A stretch of 64,000 nucleotides of DNA from Podarcis filfolensis. Its lineage: Eukaryota. The position numbers and the translations under genes were made by a program. The stretch lies in assembly GCA_964270895.1 (NCBI GenBank), contig OZ185435.1; one strand, given 5' to 3'. Below are positions 53,076 through 64,000 of this stretch, piece by piece (position 1 is the stretch's first letter; the number at the start of each line of letters is the position of its first letter). The notes under the pieces are model-generated. The model did not search any database. It was not told where the DNA came from and saw only the letters and a program-made list of their open reading frames with translations.

Positions 53076-53661
53076 TGACCACTGCAGGACGAGTATTGAG
53101 AACAGGTGTTATGTGGGCACGTGGGGATAGCCTGGCTCAGCGTGGTCCGCCCTGTCTCCCAGGGTTTCATCCAGGGAGGGGCATTTCCTTGGAAAGGCCG
53201 GGCGCTGGATTGGGCATCTTCTGCTTCCAAGCGCCTTTTCTCTCCCTGAGCCTTGTCAAAGTTCCCTTCGCAAACTAAGCCGCTTATGGAGCCAAGCCAG
53301 CCTCCCAGCATTTCGCCTCAGCAGCCTCCAGCTTGCCCGGGAAAGAAACCCGGGTGTGTTTAGGTCGGGTGGCTGAATTCAGGGCTCCGCGGGATGCGGG
53401 AGGGCTCGGTGTTCCGCCCTCCGCCCGCGAAATGGCGGGAGAGCCGCAGCGAGAGGTGTCTGCCCTGTCCGCTCCTGCCCCCGGGGCTGCGAGTGCTTCT
53501 GAGGCGCGCCAAGGCGGCTGAGGCGCCGAGCGAAGTGTGAAGGGAGCGCCCGCGCGCTGCTGCTGCTGCCACTGACTCCTCCTCCTCTACTGCCGCTGCC
53601 GCCTCGCGCGGCTCCCCCCTCTCAATTAGCTGAGCTTTGGGGACTTCAGGGCAAAGCCGCC

Positions 53662-54832
<1,171 letters not shown>

Positions 54833-57800
54833 TAAAGAGTTGGTATATACGGCGGCCTGTGTAGAAATATCTAGATATTTCAGGGGGAATGTTCACACTG
54901 GTGTTCCGTTCACACGTGTGTTCCGACGCACACGTTCTGCAATGCGAGTCCACTCGAAAGCAAGTACCGCCGAGTTCAAGGGGCAACTCACACTGCAGCC
55001 TTCCTCCCGAGGGAGTGCGCATAGGATTGCAGCCGTACTTCGCTGAGAGTACTCCAGCAATCTTAACCATTGTAGGGATGTGCATTGTTGGTTTGGCTGC
55101 ATTGTAAGTATACCCCTTCTCAGTCAAAACGACAGCCGTGTCTATGTGGAATCGAACGGGAGTTGCTTTTGAAGGAAGATAAAAATCGGGTTGCTAGAAA
55201 TGTGAAGTTCGGCTGCTCTAAGCAGGCGGCAGGTGAATACTTCCGAGCTGGGTGTTGGAGTGGGTTAGATGCCAGTGGCACTCACCCCATGTAATTTAAA
55301 ACGATAATTCTATCTTTTTAAAAAAAATATATCATCTGATAGGCGACAATGGGGCATGCCTTTAATTGTGTCCTATCCAGGTTGCGCTGTGAATTATAGT
55401 CGTCTCTCCCCCCCCCCCCCGACACATGCAGAGAAATTACTACGAGATTAAGCGGTTTGAGGGTTTGCGGCTTCAAAACTGCAATTCAAAGCGTCGTATC
55501 GTGGTCCTGAAGTATTCGCCAGGTGTAGCAATTATGACATTTAACGCCCCACATGAAGCTGGAAGGAAGGGAGTGGAAGTTATCGGGCGCAGATTCCTAC
55601 TGTACAGTCAGTGGAACACTTAGCACTGATTTTGTGGTAGCTGCCATTTTTAGCGTTAGCCTTTCCGGCTGTTCAAGTACCGGATGAGCATAAACTCCGC
55701 AGACTTTTTTCCTAGCGGCCTTCAAAGAGATAGATTCAGTGGTGTTTCAGGAAAACAAACTTCTCCACCCTAGTAGCGATGCTGAGTTCAACAGGACTTA
55801 CTTTCTTCTAATAACTGCACTTAAGGAATGTAGTTGTACATAAGATTGCAGCCTAAATGAGTTTATGAGAAGACTCGCTGTTTTTGCCTTATCCCATGTG
55901 CAAAAAAAAATTTCCGTGTGTGTGTGTGTAAATTATCTTTAACAGTTCTTTGGGATATCAGTTTTCCTGTCAGTCAGCGTTCGTTTACTTATTCTCACTC
56001 CAGTGGTGCCTGGTGTTAGTAAAATTCTAAAATCCGTGCTCTGAACACACGCCCACTTCCTTCCTTTTTTAGCTAACAGGTTGTAGTGCTACTTGGAGAT
56101 ATCCTGGCAAAGTACATAATGGCGCTCTTGATTACCCTGCGAAATGTTTGGTTAATGTTACAGAAACCAAACCGCGGGAATGACACTTGCCAACAGGAAT
56201 TTTAAGACTGATTTGACTGGAACTAAATTCCACAAACAACCTTGTGCAGCTTGCATGCAGGATTCTTTTGCCAGTCTATAAGCACTGGAGATGGTGGGAA
56301 TTATCATATAATGGTTTCCCCCCTGCAATGTTTTTTTAAAGGGCTGGGGGTAGGAGAAAGGTGACATTAAGCAATTGGCTGACCTGCTCATATTGAGAAG
56401 CTAAACCTGCAAAGGAGTTGCCTTGTGTTGAAACGCGTGGGTTTTTCCCCCGCGCAGAGCTTGGCTGAATAACAATTTTTACACAATAGCTGTAGAGGAA
56501 TATATTAAAGCTGTTGTCTAAAAGGTGTAAGTTCTCAGGGGAACGGTGTACTAAACAGTACCCCCCCCCCAATTCTCAGCAATAAGCGTGTGGTAGTAAG
56601 TTCTGTTGAAATCCATAGGACTCAAACTGCGATCCTAAACGCACTTTTCTGGGAGTAAGTAGCAGGATACCCAGTGGGGTTTACTTTTGAGAAGACGTGC
56701 GTAGGACCGCACTATTATCTCTTTAGACTTGGGGTTTATAAACAAATAAACAAATAAATTGACCTGGACATATAAATTCTACTGATTTCGGTAGAAGACA
56801 GAGTATGTATGACTCAAGGAAATTTGTCTTGAATCGAGTCATATTCTTATTCTGGCTGCTCTTCTATTTAGGAACAGGAAAACAGGTGACTGTAAAACTG
56901 GAAGCAGCTTGAAGCAATTATTCAACTAAAATGCTAAATTGTTCTTGTTTTCATCTAGATTCCTATATGTAAAAGAGAAAGGCGTGTCCTCTACTGCGAA
57001 ATTAGTGGGACCTAACCTTAGACCCTGCAGCTCCAATTCAATTCGGGGGGACCTCCAGGTGGATTGTTTGTCACCTGAACAGTTTATTGCGACCTGAGTT
57101 GAGTTGAGTTGAGTTGACTAGTTGACTAGTTTTCCTAGGCAATAGCTTACTTTAGCAGATGCATGAAGTGGAAGTACTATATAATTATTGGTGAATTCCA
57201 GAGAATTATTTGTTGTGAATTCCATAATTATTCGTGTTTGCTTCTGTAACTTGATCTGTTGCAATACTACACCGACTGAGGCTCTCAACAGCGTCTTGGA
57301 GGGAAGGCATCTTGGAGAAAAGCGAAGGACCTCCTTTCGCTTACTTTGCAATTGTCCCTTGAAAACGCGGTTCTGGAACAACGCAGAGCAGCCCAAAGTA
57401 TGATTAACTTCCAGTAAGAATTCATTTAATCTAATTAACAGTTCACAGTAGTTCACGCAGTTCATACAGTTCGCCAAGTTTTACTTTTGCACGAAACCAC
57501 TCAGTTTATCATTATTTTAAGGAAGTTACCAAATCAGCATGACTAAAATTTGTAACGCTTCCATGGATAAAGTGAGGAGAGAGGAAACTTTTAAAAATCC
57601 TTTTTAAGGAAGTGTTACCTTGTTGGCGGGTTTTAAGACCTAGAGCTTTGTTCTGCAAAATGTTAGGTTAGGGAGGCAATCTCTTTCATTATTTTGGGAA
57701 GCCACTCCTTTTCTAAATAGCAGTTAACCTCTCTCCCTCCCCCCAATCAAGTTCTTGCATCTGGGTCAATAGTAATTTTTTATGGACCCTGCTCTACTGG

Positions 57801-59329
57801 AATGCTGATGTTTGGTTATTGGGTCTGACAATTTCTGACTCCTTAGCGAATTCCACATGATGATGATGATTCCTATATAATGTGTGGGTTTCTGTGTATC
57901 ATGGGGGAGGGTAGTTAAATTAATGAGAACTGTCAGAATGGAACAGAAGTGCAATTCAATTTCTTTTGATGTGAACTGCCAACCTGTTCGCCACCAGTTG
58001 ATTTTCATTTATTTTCATTTAAATATTATTTTTATTCCACTCCTCATTCAGAAAAGGCTCCCAGACAAAGACTTGCAATTTGAAAATACACAACACAAAA
58101 GGAAAATCGATTGGGAAGCAGAAGGAAATAAGCAAACTCAGATATAAGTGATTAGAACCTCTGTTGCTATGTTGATCCAATTGCATGTTTTTCGTGTATC
58201 TTTCTCCCTGTATGTATGCATGCACATACATACCTGCGAACATATATGCATATATAATACATACAGTAATTTTTTTTGAAGAACATTGCCTTGGAATTCT
58301 CTCATTGCAGTTAGAATTGTTTTGCATTATATCGCTTTATCATGTGTCGGTTAAAATTCACATCCCTTCTTACACCTTTTTGTGTGTGAGACCAGAAATA
58401 TATTTGTTGTCAGTTATTGTTAGTTGTTGAAAAAGAATCTTTCTAGATTAGCTGAAGTGTATAGATATAGGAAAAGAGTTCGAATGACAGCAGGATAAAT
58501 GTAATTGTTAACATTAAAAGAATGCAGGGGAAATTAGCACAATTTATCCTAAATCCATGCTTTCCCGTGGACACATTAATCAACAGCAACTTTTATATTC
58601 TGTTTTTAATAAATTAGATTAGTGTTGTTGAAAAGTGCTAAATAGAAGTTCCACAATTGCATTAGTTCTCCTCGCCTTGTTTAGTGATGAGAAATCGCTT
58701 TTGGAGGCGTGCATTTTGTCCATACGCCCTACGTCCGAGACACGGTAATTCTGTCAGAAGCCAGAGGCTATATATTATATTAAATCAGAATAGCGAAAGA
58801 AAATAATTTACTTTGGTAGGGCAGTTATGCTTGTAAAATAAGAATTCGAGTTCTTATAACTGCTGTTTTGATATGAAGAAAATTAATATCCATACTTTTG
58901 ATTTTCAAAAGGGCGCATTGATAAATATGGGTTTCCTGGCAACGTGAGTCCTGGTCCTGATGAGTGACAGGTTCGTCCAGATACCTTAGATTCAAACTTA
59001 GATCCCCGATCTTTATATACTCGAAAGTGAGAAAGCTGCTGATAACAATATGCTGGTTTGGTTTAATTACTGCACCACAAGACCAACGGTGAGGAAGAGT
59101 ATGATTTTTAAAAAAATTGTAGAGAAGAAATTTAACGATAATCCACAATAAAAACAAACCACCAGCGTCTTTCTAGCTGAAACAGGCGAACGCAAGAGAG
59201 GGCAGGGGAGAGCACTATGGCAGGACACCAAGGTTTCATTGGGTGGCTGGGAAGAATTTGGAGAAGCTGGCAAACTATGTTTTGGGCACGAATATAATGT
59301 TCTTGTTTTGAATCAGTCAAGGTTGAAGT

Positions 59330-60420
59330 TTAGGTTTCAGACGAGTTTTCCGCCGTGGGAAAGATATTACCTTGACGGTTTTGCCAAGGCTTGGGGGGGG
59401 GGGGGAAACCTTCCTGCTTTGAATCTCTTGCCCCGTCCGCGTCCCCCTCCCCGTCGCTTCTATTCTTCCATGCAGCTGGGCTCCGCCAACAATTGTATCC
59501 CTTCAGAAGATTTGCCTTCTCCGCCAGACGTCCAGATCTCAATTATTTTCAGCACATTTTAATCAGCCCGGCCTCCGATAAAGTCCTAATTAAAGAGCCT
59601 TCGCTATCAGAGGGCTGGTTCAGAACTCAGGCCTCTTATCGCATTCCTGAAGCTGTGGGTCAGGCAACACCGGGAAATGTGGCCAAAACATCATTCTGCT
59701 CCGAGTCGAATTGTGAAGGTCACCCAATAAAGTTGCACGCTGGGCCAAGAGTAACGAACAGATCTGAAGTGTCAATGCTTCGGGGAAAGTTGAAAAGGAA
59801 AGAGGAGGGAGAAAGGGAGGAGGCAAACCTTTGCTTTGTGGGTTATGAGCAGAGATAAAGAAGCCCGGGACAGCTGCAGCAGGGAAGTGCAAGGGTTGGG
59901 CACCGGCTGTCAACGCCGTCCGTGCGCCGGGGGGAAAAAAGGAAGGCTGCGCGCAACAGAACGCGCCAGGCGCACGCAGCAGCCTTGGAGAGGCGCTTCC
60001 CGCTCCCTGCTCCACCGCTGGCCAAGTGGCAAGGGGAAAACAGTGCTGGGTACCTTCCTTCGCTTCTTGTGGAGGCAACTCTCTGCCTCGCCCTTCAGGC
60101 CCAAACATTTTTGCACCCCTGTGGCAGGGATAGGGGTGGGGAAGGGCAGTTACCAAAAGCGCTTCAGGAAAGCGCGTTTTCCAGAGAGGACAAGATAAGA
60201 ATGCAGCCCATTCCATATCACTGTAAACACTGTGATTTAAGCCCGTTTACATTCAGATCTAGGATATACTGGAGCTGCAGCGCTATGCGCACTTGCTCGA
60301 GAGTAAGCCCCATTGAGCACAGTGGCTCCTGCTTTCGAGAAAACGGTTGCGGAGGAAATAGCGTGCTACAAAGAAACTTGCTTCCAACTAGGCGGCCTTT
60401 AGACTCATTTCAGCAGAAAT
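59330..60420. promoter_or_regulatory. CpG-rich segment in WT1 intron 1 (candidate alternative promoter or enhancer)
   Basis: Local CpG/GC peak (59890-60060) about 2.5-3.5 kb before exon 2. Function inferred only. Confidence 0.4.
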
Positions 60421-62802
60421 AAGTTCAGGATCGGGACCGGCTTTTAGTCCTGCTGACTTCAGTGGAAACAAGTCGATTCAAATCTAGCTATTTCACTGTA
60501 AAATCTACCTCACTGTAAAAGTTTGCAAGAATAGGAGCCACTGCAAACGTTTTATACTTGAAGCAGGTACTCCAATCTACTTTATGCTGAGACCCTAAAG
60601 CAAAAAAGTTGCAATCCGCGTAGATAATTTTCTTCTGGATCAGCGCCATTGGCATCAATGTGGCACTCCAGGAGGCCAGCACAACTGCACTTTAGAACAA
60701 GAGCTTAATTCTACGATCCAATCATTTTTTCTAGAGCCAAGTTCCGTTAAAAGCAGTGAGATTTACTTCTTAAGCAAATGCCTTCACGTTCCGGGTCTTA
60801 TTTACACTAAAGCAAAAGGGCCCGGTACTCCGATTACCTAAATTTGTAAATATTAACATAAGTTCCGTTCCAATCGGTACGTAGAACGGTTCACAGGCAG
60901 AATAAACCAACGCGGGTGTATTCCAGATTTCATCCAATGAATTTCAATGGGTTTTCACTGTCAAGGATGGTTGAAGCGTGGGCATGTTTACCAGGGATCA
61001 CGTTTAGGAAATCAATAGTACTTCTGAGTAAACATGCTAAGGATGTTTGTTCTCAGTACACAGATATGTGTTTAGTAATAGAGGTCTAAATTGTCTTCTA
61101 CCAGAACCTTCTTTGTATTATGTGTTTCTGCTTTTATTTGGGTTGTCACTGAGGGATCTGGAAGAATTTCCCTTTCGCCCTTCTCTCCCGAGTTCTGTCA
61201 CATTCTGTCTAACATCCATCATGGTCACCCCCGATCTACTGCTTATTGAAACAACGGTCACTCCATCGGGAGTCCTCCAGATGCATCTAGCGAAGTAGGC
61301 TGTTGCCCTAGGAAAGCTCATGTCACAGAAAAGTGTGCAGCGGTGCTTGCTCTCTCCGCGTGCGTTGCACAATCTTGCCTGCCCCCCTGCCGCCAGTTTG
61401 GTGTTCTCGAAATAAACGGTGGTCTTGAAAGAGGGCGGGGCGGGGGGTTGAGAAGACGCTAGTCTTTAAGTATACCTAAGAACTTTGCAAGCGTAGAGTT
61501 TAAAATATATTTCTAAGTCAACATAACGTGTGGTTGGGAAACCAAGGGTAGATCTCATAAGGGCTACACTAAACATTCTTTGGTCTTGGGGTAAATGCTG
61601 ATGAGCCGAGAAGCCTCAAAGATAATATTACTTTGTAATTACTTTTTAGCTGAAGTTGTTTAACTGGCTCCAAGTAATTAATGAAAGTTGGTGTCCAAAC
61701 GCCTGATTTACGATTCGGTGTCACCCTGAGGTCACTAGAGGCGATCCGTTTCCATCTGAATTCACTCCGGTTTTTTTTTAAATAGGCTGTTTATTATTAT
61801 TTGAGCGAGCAATTTTCGCTTAAAGTAGGAGGCTATTTTTCATTTAACGGCCTGCCATTTTTATTGCAGGCTCTTCAGAAAGCTAATCTTATAAAATAAG
61901 TGAGAAGTTAAGAGAGAACGAGATTAAAGGGTACCTTTTACATGTGAAACGGCAGACTAGTTTGCTCAACAGACGGGGGACTTTCTCTTAAATATGAGGA
62001 AGAATTAATGAAAGCATCGCTCACTGCGAGAAGCGACCGGCCTGCCCTTTCCAGGCGTAGCCAAAACGCCTGACTCCTAATTTCCCACCGAAGCATCGAT
62101 CCCAGGCTTGACTAGTCTTGACAACAACCTTTGAGCCTCGCCATCCCAACAGCCTACTTGGCACCTAGATTCCCAAACACAAGTCATTTCCAAGTAAACA
62201 AACTTATGATCTCGTTATGACTTGGCAGCAAGTCACATTGAGATCAACGTTAAAAAAAAAAGTGCTTAGAACTGTAAGATTCTCCCCCCTGCCCACAGCT
62301 CCCGCAGCACGTGCCTGAGAGCCTCCTACTCAGTCCTCCTTGCTCCCAGAGAGACAGAGAGAAGCGGCACTGCCGTCATTTTACAAAAAGAGAATTGAGG
62401 CACATCGTGATCGTGGGGAAAGTAATTAGACGTGCGCCTCGGATGTTAATGGCTCTCTTAACACCCAATGATTCCCCTCAGCAGTTCTTGGCCACCAGCA
62501 GCCTGTGTGCTGATGTTTATGGAAAGAAAGAGTTACCTTCCACTAGGCCGAGCTCGGATGCTAATTCAGGAATTAAAGAATGACGGAGAAAGTGACGCAA
62601 ACAGCCCCAAAGACCAGATTTAGAATGGACTCTCACCACAGTCATAAACACAGAGAGAACTATTTTGGTCACGCCGTGGGTTTATCTGGGTTCATTGAGC
62701 AGGCTCTCTCTTCCCGAAGGAAGGAGCCACCAGCGGGGGCTTCAGGTTTTCGACGCCTGCCTGCCCGGGGTGGGGACATTCTTGCAGGAAGCCGCTTCAT
62801 GA

Positions 62803-63000
<198 letters not shown>

Positions 63001-63759
63001 TAGGAACCAAATGGAAGTAGTTTTGAGACAAATAAGTAGCGAACAAGTTAGTGGTACTGATAATCATGATCAGGATGGCATCGGTTTGCCCTTATGTGTA
63101 CCCATAAAAGCTTCGCCGCTGTTCAAAATACCTTCTCAGAGATTATACCATTGATAACAGAACACAAATGTGGTCCTGTGCACATAAAAGTACATTAATC
63201 ATAGTTTAGACAAGTGTAGATTTCCTGAAGCTCATATGACTTCAATAGTGCAAACCTAGGCCTGACTGCTCCTAAGTGTCTCAGTGAGTTCAGTGGGATT
63301 TATTCCAGTTTAAGAGTCGAATAACCTGCATTGAATACAGTAAGGATTACTTCTGAATAAACATGCTTGTGCACTATAAGTAGTAGGTTTCATTGAAAGT
63401 GCAACTTTTACACACACACGTTTATGGACAAAAATCTAAGCCCTCTCATGCCTAAGTGGACACTTCTGGTTTGTGTGACTGAATTATATTACCGGCTGGA
63501 CATTATTGTGATATTATTGACTAAATATTCAGGGCATAAAGCAGTCAAAATCAAGCAGATCCCATTGAAACTATCTTGGGATTTCAAGCTTGATAGTGCC
63601 CTTTGTTTGGATGATGCTCTTAGCATTTACAAAAGGTGTTTCAAATGTTGGAAGTCTTAATGCTACAATCCTGTACACAATTACCTGAGAGCAATTCCTA
63701 ATAAAGTCATGTTCAGGACAGCCATATAAAGTTGCTCAGTATTACTGCATACACCAGAG

Positions 63760-63976
63760 CGTGGGTAGGTAAACTAAGGCCCGGGGGCTGGATCCGGCCC
63801 AATTGCCTTCTAATTTTTACATGAGTAGAATGTGTCCTTTTATTTAAAATGCATCTCTGGGTTATTTGTGGGGCATAGGAATTCATTCATCCCCCCCAAA
63901 AAAATATAGTCTGGTCCCCCACAAGGTCTGAGGGACAGTGGCCAGGCCCTCTGCTGAAAAAGTTTGCTGACCCCTG
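63760..63976. mobile_element. hAT (Charlie-like) MITE in WT1 intron 2
   Basis: CGTGGGTAGGTAAACT...AGTTTGCTGACCCCTG, with exact 8-bp TSD CACCAGAG (63752-63759 and 63977-63984). Confidence 0.9.
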
Positions 63977-64000
63977 CACCAGAGTAATCGTGCTGTATAC

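Noticed and set aside
57096-57131. (GAGTT)4 followed by (GACTAGTT)2
   Set aside because: Simple slippage repeat; AGTTGA is only a weak receptor half-site and the spacing is not canonical.
59391-60422. ORFs of 120-198 aa in intron 1
   Set aside because: GC-rich shadow ORFs without homology.
62519-62540. ATG GAA AGA AAG A/GTTACC resembling AWT1 exon 1a (MEKG)
   Set aside because: The would-be donor GTTACC is very weak and the peptide match is poor.

Overview
Squamate genomic DNA, most likely a lacertid lizard (Podarcis-type Sauria SINEs; species inferred, not proven). The only supportable host gene is WT1 (Wilms tumour 1) on the + strand: coding exon 1 (ATG 54152 to donor after 54557), an 8.3 kb intron 1, and exon 2 (62861-62983). 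Exon 3 onward lies beyond the window. WT1 sits in a broad CpG-retaining domain (about 43.5-63 kb), with a promoter island and a second island 6-9 kb upstream. The first 43 kb is CpG-poor intergenic DNA with many transposon remnants: an L1 3' end interrupted by a solo LTR and a MITE, a young 5'-truncated CR1, L2 fragments, four Sauria SINEs, three other tRNA-derived SINEs, and many hAT and Tc1/mariner MITEs, several with exact target-site duplications (TSDs). The best observation is an open reading frame upstream of the WT1 AUG. It starts at a Kozak-context CUG and encodes 69 aa that align with the 68-aa CUG-initiated WT1 extension usually called mammal-specific. Also notable are a possible 275-nt 5'-leader intron ending 2 nt before that CUG, and an array of AGTTCA nuclear-receptor half-sites in intron 1. 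All human WT1 sequences used for comparison are recalled from memory and need checking; no searches or computations were run.
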